64,000 bases of DNA. Origin: Octopus sinensis. Taxonomy: Eukaryota. The stretch spans positions 40,858,001 through 40,922,000 of the forward strand of contig NC_043000.1 in NCBI RefSeq assembly GCF_006345805.1, given 5' to 3'. The notes under the pieces were generated by a model. That model was not told the origin of the DNA. It saw nothing but the letters and a program-made list of their open reading frames with translations, and searched no databases. Of the stretch, positions 1-14,271 are shown one piece after another (the first letter of the stretch is position 1; each line of letters begins with the position of its first letter). A program made the translations under genes and the position numbers.

Positions 1-655
1 AACGGGAAGGAAGAGCTTTTTATCATACTTGTGGCTATGGCGAAAGAATGTATCTGGTGGACGCGTCTGAAAGGATTAGAGACAAACACTTTCCTCTCTG
101 GTCAATCTCTCATCAACTTCTTCAAGTATCACTTGAAGAAAAAAGTGAGAGTAGAGAGGCAAGTTTTGTCTAGTGAATGTTTTAAAAAAGATGGGTGAAT
201 GTAGCAAGGATGGCACGTATGAATGACGAAGCCACCTTGACTATGATTCTATGAACCGTAAAAATTAATACAGAGAGTTGCTTATTTGCAAAAAAAAAAA
301 AAAAAGAAATATAACATGTGACTTCATTGACCGAGGTTACCGTGGTCTTTTCCGTAGGCTTTTCTTTCCACGGGTAAACCTCACCTGTCCTCCCCTTTAC
401 ACTTCATATTGACATTTCTGTGATAACGATCCCTATTGATCAATTTTTTTTCCTCTCCCCCTTTTTTTTTAACCCCCCCCTTTTTTTGTCCTCTTTCTCT
501 CATTTTACGATCCCTTTTGATCGACCCCCCCTTTTTTATTTTATTTTATTTGTTATTTTATTATTATTATTTTTTTTTTTTAAACCTTCAAAAGAAAAGC
601 TCTACCTTGTAATTTGTTCTATCTGTGTGCAGCCCTGTGTGGCTAATAAAGAAAC
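1..655 (+). mobile_element. 3' end of a Tx1/L1-type LINE (ORF2 C-terminus plus 3' UTR)
   Basis: Reads LFIILVAMAKECIWWTRLKG...FFKYHLKKKVRVERQV, then a T-rich UTR, AATAAA and a (CTAT)n tail. Confidence 0.6.
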
Positions 656-656
656 A

Positions 657-747
<91 letters not shown>

Positions 748-779
748 CTGTGTATACATATATAAATATATCAACTTAC

Positions 780-812
780 TTTTTTTTCTCCATTCATTTT
801 GTCTGGAAGAAC
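780..812 (-). CDS. Microexon, 33 nt, phase 1-1: (G)SSRQNEWRKK; gene probably continues off the left edge
   Basis: tcttcctcttttag|GTTCTTCCAGACAAAATGAATGGAGAAAAAAAA|gtaagttgat. Confidence 0.65.
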
Positions 813-1839
813 CTAAAAGAGGAAGATATATGTTATTTGTAAAAAAGAAAGGCAACATATTGAATAAAAAATTGTATTAGAGTTCTAATGAATTGAATTA
901 TCATGATGGCTATTAAAAAGATCCAATGTTTTGGAGTCTTGAACATTTTGGGGAGAAAGAACGAGGCTGCATTTTCATCTAAGTTGAAGAACTTCAAATA
1001 AGCAAACAAAATGAACGAAATGAAGGAGTGAAAGAGTTGATCCGAATAGAGAATGGGGAAAGCTAGTGTGATAGGATGCAAGTATTTTGGGAAGTAATGT
1101 GAAAAAAGTGGGGGGGTTGTATAAGTAATATGAGAGGAGGTATGAGTGGGGTAGTAGATGATTTGAGTTGTCGGTGAGCAGTACGATATGAGAGGAAGTA
1201 AAGTGCGAGGGAAGGATACTCAAAATTTGTAACGCTCTCTAGGTAAGTTGAAATAGAAGAAGGGGTTATGGGAAGACGGAGATGAGGGAGAAAGGAGGGC
1301 AGCAGAGGCATTATGCAACAATGCAGATGAACATTCAACAAATTGGACTGGGGGTTGAGGAGGAAAAGAAAATGAGTTAGCAAAGGACCGAGGTTAGTAA
1401 AGAGTAGTTGAAACTAAAGAATTACTAAGAATTTATATGTTAATTAGGTTGTGAAAAAAAAAAAGCGAGAATCGGGAATCTGCAACAATTGGTTATATAC
1501 TCAATTATTATTTAATTTAGATTTCCTAGTTATCGCCCATACTTTTCTGAACAATCGTCAACGCTAATGGATCTTCTCATTTTTTCATCAATATTGAACG
1601 AAGGTATAAGATTTAATTACAGACTACTACGCCATCATGCATTAAGTTAATAATGGTGACTCTATGTCACTAAATTTCAAAGGCATGTACAATGGTTAAT
1701 TGTGTGCCCTGGATCTTTGTCTGTGCCAAGATAGGCAGAGAAAGGTCATTTTCAGCATTCCAACTTACGTACTCTCACGTAATTATTGATATTTTTTTTA
1801 TCGATATGTTAAAATGTTAGATTATGTGAAACATATACA

Positions 1840-2220
1840 CAGGCGCCGGCGTGGCTATATGGAAACAATTTTGCGTCCCAATCATATGGTTCGGGGTTTA
1901 GTCCAACTGCGTGGTACCTTGGGCAAGTCTTCTGCAATTGACTCGGGCCGAACAAAGCCTCATGAATGGATTGCGTCGACGGAAATTGAGAGTAACCCGT
2001 CGCGCGCACATGCATACATAAAACACTCACACACACATGTTTGTGTGTGTGTATGTTTGTCTCCCCACCCACACGCATAATGAAAGAGGCCGATAGAATA
2101 TGTATCAGCCCTAACAAAATAGGTTTTGGGGTCGATTTGTTTGAGTAAACCTTTGAAGGTGGTGCTCCAGCATGGCCACAGTCTACTCACTGAAACAAGT
2201 AAAAGATAAACGATAAAGAT
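1840..2220 (+). mobile_element. tRNA-headed SINE with CR1-like tail
   Basis: Head GGCGCCGGCGTGGCT..., tail ggtggtgctccagcatggccacagtc...ctgaaacaagtaaaagataaa. Related copies at about 47680-48430 and 50710-51090. Confidence 0.6.
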
Positions 2221-2232
2221 ATGTCAACTTAC

Positions 2233-2274
2233 CGGCTGTTTTTCTAGGGGCGGTAACGATATGTTTATACTTCT
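2233..2274 (-). CDS. Microexon, 42 nt, phase 1-1: KYKHIVTAPRKTA
   Basis: ttcattttaattacag|AGAAGTATAAACATATCGTTACCGCCCCTAGAAAAACAGCCG|gtaagttgacat. Same donor flank as the 12185 exon; VTAP motif shared with the 15282 exon. Confidence 0.68.
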
Positions 2275-2553
2275 CTGTAATTAAAATGAATAACATCAAC
2301 CATTTCTGATGTTTAAGACAATTTATGATAAGTTTTAAGTTATGCAAAATCGTGACATATTTATAGCGGAGATATATAATTGATTCAATATTTTCAAGGA
2401 TACACTTTATGTTGGGTATCACCCATCTCTTCTTTAATACAGCAAGAGTGGCTTATATCTAACAGGTCTATTGTTGATACATAATATTGACTTCAAGAAA
2501 TCTAATAAGGTTTGAAGGAATCCATGGTTGGTTATTTAATGAACTAAGTTCTG

Positions 2554-4030
2554 CGAGGGCCGGCTGAAAGGTTTAAAGGTTGACTAAGATACTCTCATGG
2601 AATGTGACCAAAGGAAGTCTATTTTTCAACATAGTCCCCCTTGCAGTTCACACACTCCTTCCAACGGTATTGTAGTTCTTGGATCGCGTTGGTGAAGAAG
2701 CTTTCATCCTGTTGGTCAAACAAGTCACCACCAGCTCATGTGTCTCAACATTAATGCGATATCAGTTCCTAGTCAAGTGTTTTTTCATGCTGGGGAACAG
2801 ATGATAGTCAGTTAGGACCAAATCAGGAGAACAAAGCAGATGATCAACAATACAAAACCACAGTTACGCACAGAAGCCATTCAGTCCAAGAATTTGTGTG
2901 CTGTAATATTGTCCTAATGGAACAAGACTCCTTTCGTCAGTTTTTCTGGGCATTTCGTAACTGCCTCAGCAAGTCGGCATAGTAATCTCCATTGATGGCG
3001 TAGCCCTTTTGAAGATAGACAATAAACACAATGCCATTTGCATCTGCATTCCAAAAAACTGAGTTCACCTTCCCTTCAGATGAAATGGACATGACCTTTT
3101 TTGGAGTGAGGAGGGGTGTTGCTATTGCACGAATTATCTCTGTCTTTGGCTCGAAGTGATGAAGCCAACACTCATCCTGGGTTAGGAAACGCACAAAGAA
3201 ACCAGTTGGATCTGCCTCAAACAATGTCAGATTTTCCCGTGATGTGATCAGCCTGATGCTTTTTTTATCAGGTGCTCATCGAGCTGAGACCTTCGTCATG
3301 CCAAGTTCATTGTGTAAGATATTTTCAAATTTCTCAGGGAATATGATAATAGCATTGGCTATTTGATTTATCGGGCGGAGAGCTGACAGAAACGTTAGCA
3401 CGCCGGGCGAAATGCTTTGCGGTATTTCGTCTGTCTTTACTTTCTGATTTCAAATTCCACCGAGGTTGACTTTGCCTTTCGGAGTCGATAAATTAAGTAC
3501 CAGTTGCGTACTGGAGTCGATCTAATCGACTGACCCCCTCCACCAAAATTTCAAGCCTTGTGCTTAGAGTAGAAAAGAATATTTGATTTATAATCGATCT
3601 CCTGCCATCCATCACCGTGTGGTAAATACGATCAATGTTTTCCTCAGTGGTGGCAGTTGCAGGACGCCAAGGTCTTGGGTCATCTTCAAGATTATCCCTT
3701 CCCCTCCTAAATTCAGTTGCCCACTTTTGCACTACTGATAAAGCTGGAACGTTATTCCCTAATGTAGCACCCATATCAGCATGAATGTTGTTGGGGGCCA
3801 AAACTTTTTTGTGCAGTAAATGATAACCCCACAATACCAAATTTTCTCCATTTTTAAGAGAAGACGTAACTAGCTACGTTTGAAGCCTTCTTTGAACAGT
3901 TAGATATCAGTTTACCTGGAAAAAATAATGTAATTATAAATAAGAGGAGTTAAAATTAATGCATGCAAGATTTCACAACTCTAACATCACTCTTTCATAG
4001 TCAGCCTATTAACTTCTCGCTCCACCCTCG
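2554..4030 (-). mobile_element. Decayed mariner transposon interrupted by a SINE
   Basis: TIR-like ends cgaggg.../...ccctcg-TA. ORF fragments VQKWATEFRRGRDNLEDDPRPWRP and TQDECWLHHFEP...VFWNADANGIVF. Confidence 0.85.
3372..3580 (+). mobile_element. SINE (GGCGGxGAGCTGGCAGAAACGTTAGC family)
   Basis: Flanked by the duplication tatttgatttat. Other copies at about 16395-16630(-), 19888-20100, 29080-29240, 38990-39120 and 44286-44520. Confidence 0.8.
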
Positions 4031-6230
4031 TATATTGCCATGCAACCGACCCTTTGTTCCTTGTGATCCCTTCCTGCAGTCTTTCTGTCCATCCGCTAAC
4101 AGTTCATTTCTTTCAAGATAGTCATACAATTTCTTTCTCATTATTCCAGTTAGAAACGTCCACATAATAGTTAAACAAGCAATCGGACGATAGTTACTGG
4201 CCACAACACCCTTGGCTGGGTGTATCGGAATCACCACAGTTCTTCTTTTGATCATCCATTTTGGTACGATTCCTTGGTGTACAGAGCCTTGCAGGAAATC
4301 TTGTAGTATAGGATGTACGAGGGGTGTTCATTAAAGATTTTTTTCTGATCCACTTCCCAAAGACTGGGATAAACTAAACGAAACTTGGCATAGTTATTAG
4401 TCCTCCACATAGCCACCACCAATGGCGACACACTTATCGCATCGCTTTATGCACCTGTGAAGACCTCGTCTGTAGAAGTCAGTTGGTTGCGTCTGGAGCC
4501 AAGACTTTACCTCGGAAATAAGTTCATCATCATCCGAAAAGTGATTCCCCTTCAAAAAAGACTTCATGGTTGGAAAGAGGTGGAAGTTAAATGGTGCGAG
4601 GTCGGGAGAGTAAGGAGGTTGAGGACGGATTTCATAGTTGCAGGAGTGTGCTTTCATCTGGGCAACATGTTCATTGTGAAATGGGGCGTTGTCTTGGAGG
4701 AGACGGACCCCTTTGGTCAGCATGTCACTCCTCTCTGCTTTGATGGCGTCCCACAATTTCTGCAGCAGAGATGTATAATATGCCTCGTTAAATATGGTGC
4801 CTTTTGCCAGAAAATCCATCATCACTACTCCGCGCTGGTCCCAAAATACGATGAGCGTCACCTTGCCTGCTGAAGGTTGGACACGAGCCTTCTTTGGACG
4901 TGGTGAATTATGCTTCCATTGCTTCGATTGGACTTTAGTCTCAGGATCAGCAGCCGTATAAAAGACAAAGGAATACTGTAGAAAGCTACAATTTACAATG
5001 TAATATGCAGAGACATGTATAATTATACCTGTACAAGTTCCGTTCCCTGCAATAACCGGAAGTGGATCAAAGGGAATCTTTAACGAACACCCCTCGTAAA
5101 TTTGTCAAACTCTTGAACCCAAACCCCGGAGACAGGTCCGGGTTCGCTACCTTCCAATTTCTCATCAACTCCGGCTTGAATATCCTCCAATGTGATCGTA
5201 ATGTCCTTTTGTATCTACATGTCATTGAATTCTTCTTCTACTTCTTGGAGCCAGAGAGCCTTGTTGTGCTTGACATTCTCTGATCAGATCTTGCCCCAAA
5301 ACGAAGTTGTTTCTTTGGGATCAGGTAACTCTGATTCTTCCTTATTTCTTCCATCGAAAGTCTCGAAGAATAGCTGATTTGTCTTAAACGGCTTTGTTTA
5401 AACTGCAGATATATTTCCTCGTATCTTTTGGTCTTAACTTCACTAGATTTGCTCTTTTTTTTTAACGTCATCGATATAAATAGAGAGTCCTGGTATTTCT
5501 TATTCATTTATTGCTCTTTCGTTGAGCCTCATATTTCCTTTCCTTACTTCCTGGATCTTACTTAAATCCCCAAACCATGTATCGAGGATTTATTTTCTTT
5601 TCCTTTTCCAGAATGTTTCTCTGTATCACTGTAGTTTATTTTCTGTAAGCCTTCCCATCTTCTCTATGATGACGTAAGCAGCAACATACATCAAGTAATC
5701 TAACTTGGTGATGTCCTTAAATGGAACTCTCATGACAATTTCGTTCGCTTTTCTGAGTTCAGATCTTAGCTTTGTCCTATCACAAGACTTCAATAATGGT
5801 AACCTTTTCCTCAACTCAAGAAACATTACTTCCAGAATTTTGTTTTGGAGAATAGCTAGTTCTGGGCTAATTTCTTCAGTGATTCTCTAGTTGAAGGTAC
5901 ACTAATGTCTTCTATACATTGCAGATTTCCTCCCTCCTTATCCAAGCTCTGTAGATTTTCCTGTTCCATGGGTATTTCTTCTGGACCAGTAGTCCCCTGC
6001 AGCCTCGTTCGCACTTCTATTATAATCTCCTCCAGTTCCATCTTATCTAACCACTTTTTGGTCTTAAGTTTTCTTATCTGATCAGCCTACCTTTGCTCAT
6101 TCACATCCTTCAGCTCATCATATGGATAATATTTTTTCCCAGAGTTCCAGTAACCTTTTCCTATAGTCTCTTTTCTCTGACTCACTCCTAATATAACATT
6201 TAAACAACAAATTGTTGTTCTATTTTGTCC
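4031..6230 (-). mobile_element. R4/Dong-like non-LTR retrotransposon remnant split by a mariner insertion
   Basis: RT motif RTVVIP...NYRPIACLTIMWTFLTG...GQKDCRKGSQGTK, with frameshifted upstream fragments. Confidence 0.7.
4318..5096 (-). mobile_element. Internally deleted mariner element
   Basis: TA-cgaggggtgttc...gaacacccctcg-TA TIRs. The 154-aa ORF 4397..4861 has FWD, LLQDNAP and QPPYSPDLAP motifs. Confidence 0.92.
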
Positions 6231-6868
6231 ATTTTAATCAGTTTCGCTGTTGTGGGTCAGCTTGATTACCACCGGGCTACACACACCACACACACACACA
6301 CACACACACGCACACTACACGCACACACACACACATATGTATATATACTTACTGTTTGGATGCCCACCAGGAGAAGAGGCTTTAAGATTATTATTCTTAT
6401 CTGTAATTAAAATAAATAACATGAGTCATTTCTGGTGTTTAAGATAAATTATGAGGACTTAAAATATACAAAAATGACTTGTACATATAGAGGAGAAATT
6501 TAATTGATTAAGTCTACAGCAGTACTTAACTGGTACATGTCACATCAACCTCGAGGACATAAAGCGCAAATTTATTATTCGTAGGATTTGAACATGGTTT
6601 CCCATAACTTACATGACACATTACTTCCAAATGTTGACAGAAGAGGAAAAGTTGTGACAGTCATAGAAATTATAAACGAAACTGAAAATTGAATGTACAC
6701 TGAAATTTATATTTGCAACGAAATATGAATATTACAGCTAATAATTAAATTTAAATAAATGAATTTATGCACAAAAATACTTTCATAAGATTTGTAATAA
6801 CATTTTCAAATGCCATAGGGAAAAGGATATAACACGGTTATTTCAGACTAAGTTTTAAGGTATCTTAC

Positions 6869-6901
6869 GTATGTAGCTAAATTCTCTGGTAAGCGAATGC
6901 A
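6869..6901 (-). CDS. Microexon, 33 nt, phase 1-1: HSLTREFSYI
   Basis: ccttcttcttgtcag|TGCATTCGCTTACCAGAGAATTTAGCTACATAC|gtaaga. Confidence 0.55.
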
Positions 6902-7987
6902 CTGACAAGAAGAAGGCGAACATTTACATACAGAAGGCCAGCGAAACTTTGAAATCACTGTCGTTTTTTGTGAGCCCGTTTTTCAGTTAATATTCACGCG
7001 CGCGCGCACACACACACACATGTTTGTTTCTTATGTGTTTTTTTGTTTTTAGTTTCTTAATTTGCATTAGCCATTTCGACTAAAGCTGTGCTCAGGTAAT
7101 GATGGCATCTCCTCCAGAGTTGAGTACTTCTTTCACTGTTGACGGTTCTTTGACTTTTTTGCTATCTTGGTGCAAATGTTTTTATTTGTTTTTCACTAGA
7201 TTGTCAGAATCATTAGAGGGTCGGACAAATTTTTTTACAATATTTCTTCCGACTCTTTACATTCTAACCTCAAATGCAACCTAGATCACTTCCTTTCGGG
7301 TTTGATAAAATAAAGAACCAGTCAAGTACTGGAGTCAGTGCTATACACTAACGCATCCTCTTAAAATTGTTAGCCTTATCAGAAACCATTATATGTTTCA
7401 TTTCTGGTTGCTGGACCAACTTACTCCTGGAGTCTATACTACTTTGTTTGTAATCTTTAGAAGATGGTTGGTGACGACCTTATCACTTCTCCGCCGATGA
7501 CTATCGGAATGAGTCCGAAGAAACAAAACGAAACGAAACGAAAGCAATAAAAAAAAGCCATTACCATCCATTTCACCCAAATTATAATATCAAGACCACC
7601 ATATAATAACAGAAAAATCGTTTTGAATAGGTATTGGCAAGCCTTCTGTACACAAAATAAAGAGTAACACGTTCACCCGGAAAGTTATATATATGTTTTC
7701 TCGATTTGGTCAATAGTTCCGTTTCGCTTTCTTGTTTCAAATCAGTGTTCATAATAGCAAATGTCGTTTATATATGAATCTTAGTATTTAAATAATTCAT
7801 AATCATCATATTTGATCTATTGCTATAGTTTAATAAACAAGAAAGTAGTAATCATGAAATTGTACATACCTAAATTTACGTTCAGCCATACATTCATGTG
7901 CATAAATATGTTTCCTGAAAATGTTAAACTTAAGATTATATTACATTCATATATACTTATATTCATGCATAAAACAATGCATACCTC

Positions 7988-8040
<53 letters not shown>

Positions 8041-8042
<2 letters not shown>

Positions 8043-8138
8043 ATATATATATACATATATATATAATATAAATAATATATATATGTGCATGTATATATAT
8101 ATATATATAATATAAATAATATATATATGTGCATGTAT

Positions 8139-8176
<38 letters not shown>

Positions 8177-8503
8177 ATATATAAATAATATATATATATG
8201 TGCATGTATATATATATATATATATATAATATAAATAATATATATATGTGTGCATGATATATATATATATATAATATATATAATATATATATATATATGT
8301 GTGCATGTATATATATATATATATATATATAAATAATATATATATATGTGTGCATGTATATATATATATATATATATAATATAAATAATATATATATATG
8401 TGTGCATGTATATTATATATATATATAATATAAATAATATATATATATGTGTGCATGTATATATATATATATAATATAAATAATATATATATATGTGTGC
8501 ATG

Positions 8504-8534
<31 letters not shown>

Positions 8535-8825
8535 AATAATATATGTATGTGCATGTATATATATATATATATATAATATAAATAATATATGTATGTGCAT
8601 GTATATATATATATAATATATATATAATATAAATAATATATGTATGTGCATGTATATATATATATATAATATAAATAATATATATATGTGCATGTATATA
8701 TATATATATAATATAAATAATATATATATGTGCATATATATATATATATATATAAATAATATATATGTGCATGTATATATATATATATATGTGCATGTAT
8801 ATATATATATATATATATATTGTGC

Positions 8826-8864
<39 letters not shown>

Positions 8865-8917
8865 CATGTATATATATATATCTATATATATATAATATAT
8901 ATATATATATGTGCATG

Positions 8918-8955
<38 letters not shown>

Positions 8956-9002
8956 GTGCATGTATATATATATAATATATATATATATATACATATATAT
9001 AT
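8041..9002. repeat. TA-rich minisatellite, unit about 35-50 bp
   Basis: Recurrent ATATAATATAAATAATATATATATGTGCATGTATAT units. A similar array lies at 39480-39910. Confidence 0.9.
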
Positions 9003-9171
9003 GGAATCAGGACGTCACCAACTGTATTTCTATGAAGTTCATTAAATATCATTTTTTCTGTTTCAGATAGTACCTACCATGGCCTGGAATGGGAGGGCAT
9101 CGTTTTTTCTTGTAACTTTATGTGTTTGTTTTTATTAACCTTGAAATGAGAACAACCTTTCTGCCGCACCC

Positions 9172-9234
<63 letters not shown>

Positions 9235-10048
9235 ATATAGATGTAAAAAGGTTGACTTTAGATTCGTTCTTTAATTTGGAGGTTTCCAAAATGATTTCTA
9301 ATATTGCTTCTGGTAGTTTACAGGCGTATATTTGCGAAAATGAGAATAACACTAGTATATGATGTGTTGTGAATTTAAGGAAAGAAATCCCATACAACTC
9401 AACAGTTTAGTTAAAAATGGAGAGGAGAAGATGTTAAAATATATAAGAGAATTTTAATTTATGCAGACGATCGTTTCGTACAGAGATATAAAAATCAGGC
9501 AAATTCATGGTTGAATTGAATTAAATAAAATTAATTGGATTAATTATATATCAATGTACTCTTCAGTGCAAGAAGTATAAACCAAGGTTTTTACAAAGAA
9601 CTTGAGAAAGGAAATAGCAGAATAGAAATTAGGAGATTCATATTTATCCTAATGAGAACAAGAAATGTGAATCCAGTTAGGTATTAAATATAACTAAAGG
9701 CTATAACGGTTATTTGAAAATATAAGTCAATATATAGATGAATTATAATGTAGGAATTAAATTTCTAATCTCCTTACTCATCTATAGAGGGAACGTTTCT
9801 GAAACCTCTTTTACTTATATTTTCAAATATATATATATATAGGAAAAATGTTATTGTCCCTAATAATGACTGAGTGTGCAGTGTAGCACTTACATTGCTA
9901 GAAATAAGTGTCAAACACACTTATAGCCATAAAAAGTACATTGTCTATGTACTGGAAGGTGGAGATAACCGCCCCACACTGAGCGTGGTCACTATATTAT
10001 ACTATACTATACAATCTATCTATCTGCTTGTATGCATGTGAGTAATTT

Positions 10049-10102
<54 letters not shown>

Positions 10103-10210
10103 CGTATATATATCATCGCAGAAAAATATTTGTGTATATATATATATATATGTATATATACGTATATATATCATCGCAGAAAAATATTTGTGTATATATA
10201 CATATATATG

Positions 10211-10470
10211 TGGAGACGCGTGACTTAGTGGTTAGGGTGTCAGCATCATGATCGTAAGAGTTTGATTTCGATTCCTGGACCAGGCGACGCGTTGTGTTCT
10301 TGAGCAAAACACTTCATTTCAGGTTGCTCCAGTCCACTCAGCTGACGAAAATGAGTAACGCTGCGATGGACTGGCGTCCCATCCAGCTTGGGAACACATA
10401 CGCCATGGAAACCGGGAAACCGGGCCCATGAGCCTTGCTAGGCTTTAAAAGGGCGCATTTATTTATTTTA
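10211..10470 (+). mobile_element. tRNA-derived SINE
   Basis: A-box/B-box-like head GGAGACGCGTGACTTAGTGGTTAG...TTCGATTCC. A related copy lies at 39133-39470. Confidence 0.7.
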
Positions 10471-10650
10471 TTACACACACACACACACACATATATGTAT
10501 ATATGTATGTATGTATGTATGCATTTATTGATATGCGTATAATATGCACATATATTTTAAATATGTATATATACATATTGTAGTTAATGTGTGTGTGTGA
10601 GTGAGTGTGTGTGTGAGTGAGTGTGTGTGTGTGTGTGTGTAAGTGAGTGT

Positions 10651-10681
<31 letters not shown>

Positions 10682-12184
10682 CTAAAAGACAACAGCTGAA
10701 GGTAGCCAGTTATATGAATTTGCATTGAAAGGTAAAATGTGGTGCACTGAAAGACATACATGATAATTTTACATTTGTTAAAATTCTGGATAACTGACAG
10801 AAAAGAAAATAAACAGAAGCCCAACGATATTTCTTAACTGCTCTGAATAAGAAGTGGAAGTAATTTCAAGAAATTAAGAATAAATTGAAGTGAATTAACA
10901 CGTTTAAGGAAAATTGGAAACTGAAGCAGTGCTGTGGACGTGGTCCCGATTTTTGCTTATCAATTTAGCATTGTTCTTGCCTAGGCAATTTAGCATATAT
11001 AGTTTACGAAAAGTTTTCAAGTACACTCAAACGTCTCCGTTTTCTTCCACCCCCACCCCACACATAAATAACATGCATAGTATATAGATCTTTAATTTGC
11101 CATAAGCAACGGTCTGCGCTATATTTAAATTACACACCAAACTGAAGCTCCACCATCATGAGTAAATGGTATGATATATCTTTATGTGGGAAACTGATGT
11201 ATTCGATCAGGTATTCGATCACATACTCTGCAGTATCTATATCTGACTTTCCTACCCAACAAAGCAATATTCACTTTGTAGTTTATATCTTTTCTAAGTA
11301 TGCAGCAGAAAAACATACAGGAATCAATGTAACTACCCAGAAACCCTTGAAGACAGTGTTCAGGAATGACGATTGTCCGATGGCTAGAACCATTAGAGAA
11401 TAAAAGATGGGATATGCTAGCTACATTCAATAACTGTTACTGGTTGAGGCTGGCATTCATATTCCATCTGTTGTACATTTGATACACACGTGTTTTACTT
11501 ATGATGTACAACTTACGTACATATGTTTAGGATTCACACCAAAGTCCTAACTCATCTTAATTATTTTGCTTTTGCATTTCGGCTCTTCTGTTTATAATTG
11601 TTGTAAATGTCATCATCATTGTCGCCATGTATCGTACGCTTTTGCAGTGCGTTAATAATACTAAGGTAATAGTCTTTCTCATTAAGCGCGTCTTCTCCCT
11701 AAAGTTTTGACTTATAGTCTTTTCTTTTCAAAGATATTGAGATGGTTTGCCATAGCTTTCCCCAACTGGATGGCCGTTGGCCCACAAGGAGCTCATTTGT
11801 TCTTCGACATGTCTTATTTTTAGTACTGCTGGGTGTGTCTAGACACCCGCCTCAAGGATAGCAACCAACTCAGGTGGGGAAGTCGGTTTAGTCGCCGACC
11901 ACTCAATCATGGAACAGGTAGTACTTGTAAATGTATATTCTATAAATCAAATTAAGGACTCTGTTATAATAGTTATTATGTACAACCTGTTGTAAAACCA
12001 TCTTGTATTGAACAACCACTTAGTGAATATCTAGTCTGACTACATGAGTTTTAATAGCCACCACCAAGGTCACCCACTTCAATTGTGTCTCTTTGCAATT
12101 GAATACCAAATGATCAGAAGTGACCCTCAAAATATTATTTTGTGATAGAAAATTATGTCTTTTGAGAAATGTATGTCAACTTAC

Positions 12185-12217
12185 CGTTCTCTTTCTTTGA
12201 AATAACTTCAGCATTTT
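12185..12217 (-). CDS. Microexon, 33 nt, phase 1-1: NAEVISKKEN
   Basis: ttttttataccatcacag|AAAATGCTGAAGTTATTTCAAAGAAAGAGAACG|gtaagttgacat. Confidence 0.65.
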
Positions 12218-13976
12218 CTGTGATGGTATAAAAAATTTGAAAGAAAAAAGTATAAAAACATTTTCTTAATTTTCTTATTAAGGATTATCGTAGTTATTTA
12301 ATACCAAAATGGCTTTAAATAGTCAAAGTATCTTGGTAATTTCAGTGGAAGATTAATAGGAAATACAAAATACAAGCTTCTACATAATTGTATAGTTAAG
12401 ATAGATCTATATAGTGAAAATTACTTTGATAGTTGTGAGATTTTGGTAATTTAAACGTAAGACAAATAGATCATTTGTAATATATATCTTGTGAATTAAA
12501 TATCCGGTAAAGATTTTAGATATGGAAAAACCTAATTTAGGAAAAAGATAATCCATATTTTAGTTGTTGCCTTACATTATTACATGCATAAGCAAGTCTA
12601 CACAACGCATTTGAAACTATTATCCATTTGAATTAAGTTACTAAAAGACTCAAGCATGAGTATGACACGCCGCATTTCCTGTAACTAAAGATATATAACG
12701 TTTGTATCGTAATACATTCCAATATTGTATACAACTAAGTAGGTAAAGTGGTAGAAACATCCAAAGTTTGGATTAAATGTCTTATGGTGAATACAGTACT
12801 TTCCTGAGTTTACTTAGTCTGTTAGTCCTCATTCAATAAACACTACATCAGAAATTTAATGTGATCGATTCAAATTATCTATACCTACTTCCTTAAAATA
12901 AATTTCTCGTGTGTCGTTTAACCTAGATGACAGATTTATAAAAAGCTTACTATAGATAATTTGAGCTGTTACACTATACGCTGGTTGACCAATATCATAC
13001 TAACACGAGATTGTACAAATATTGATAGTGGATAGCTGATCACACGCAACATATATCTCCAGTTTTCCGGTTTTTGCAAAAGATAAATGTTTAAAAGCGT
13101 TACAGTATTAAATTTTGTATTTGTTAATTGTGAAATCATACTGCAACACAGCCATCTTTAGCACACTAGAATCATTTCAATCAACTGTATTGTGCTCATA
13201 CAACACGTAGCCTGGTTAAGAAAAGATCCTGTTACGGCTTCGGTTAGACATTGATTAAAGTTTATACAATTTATTTTCTCATGTGGAGATCCTAAACGAG
13301 ACAATATTAAAATTTCACCAGCTATAAAAATATAAAACCCTTTGGGGAATTTAAGCAAAGTAAGCTTCTTTTCTTTAACCTCTTTTAATTTCAACATTCT
13401 CCTATAAAATACTTGTGTGACTAGTTAAATAGGATCTCAGCGATATCGATGCAGAAAGTCAACCTGCAAATCGAAACTACAATTCAGCTACATAGACTGG
13501 TTTCGTGACTAAATACCGAATCACCTTTGAGGATTTTCATATATATATATATAATATAAAATATATATGTATATATGCATATATGTGTACAGGGCCTCAC
13601 CAACAGTAAACAACATGAAGTACGAAAAAAGATGAGTCAAATACGCAAACAACGAGAGAAAAACTGGAAAACAGAACAAGTAACACAAAGAACGACCCTT
13701 CATCAATTGTAGGCTGTCTATCTACTCCTCATTTCGAGCACTCAACGACAATATGAGTCTTCGAAGGCAGCTGTTTCGATAAATACCAAAATAAATTCTG
13801 GATTTATGGAAGGTCAAAGTTGGGAACAAAAACAGGACACTGGAGACACTCGATACATCAAGATGTCTAGAGTAGCATATTATTATATAAGTCACTTTTC
13901 TTACAGAGTTAGTCTTGTTTCCATACTTATTGATTATGCCCACAGCAAATGGCTACATTCAGCATAACTAAATATG

Positions 13977-14012
<36 letters not shown>

Positions 14013-14233
14013 ATGAATATGGTACTTAATTTAGATGCACCAGAATTTTGTATGGTGTTATCCATAAAAATTTGCGGGGTGATTATAATCAGAATAAGCA
14101 ACAATAATGACTCCGGTAATTTGGTACAATTGATTAGCACTACATCATTTTATTAAAAGTTGTAAGTATTACAGCAGATTTAAGATGCTGAGTGCATCTT
14201 AAATCTGCTGTAATACTTACAACTTATTTTGAT

Positions 14234-14271
<38 letters not shown>

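Noticed and set aside
833-1383. Overlapping minus-strand ORFs
   Set aside because: Biased-composition sequence, probably a decayed retroelement; no diagnostic motif recognised.
7812-9070. Long YI/IY-rich ORFs (also 39440-41230, 47679-48979 and others)
   Set aside because: Translations of (TA)n mini- and microsatellites, which lack stop codons by composition.
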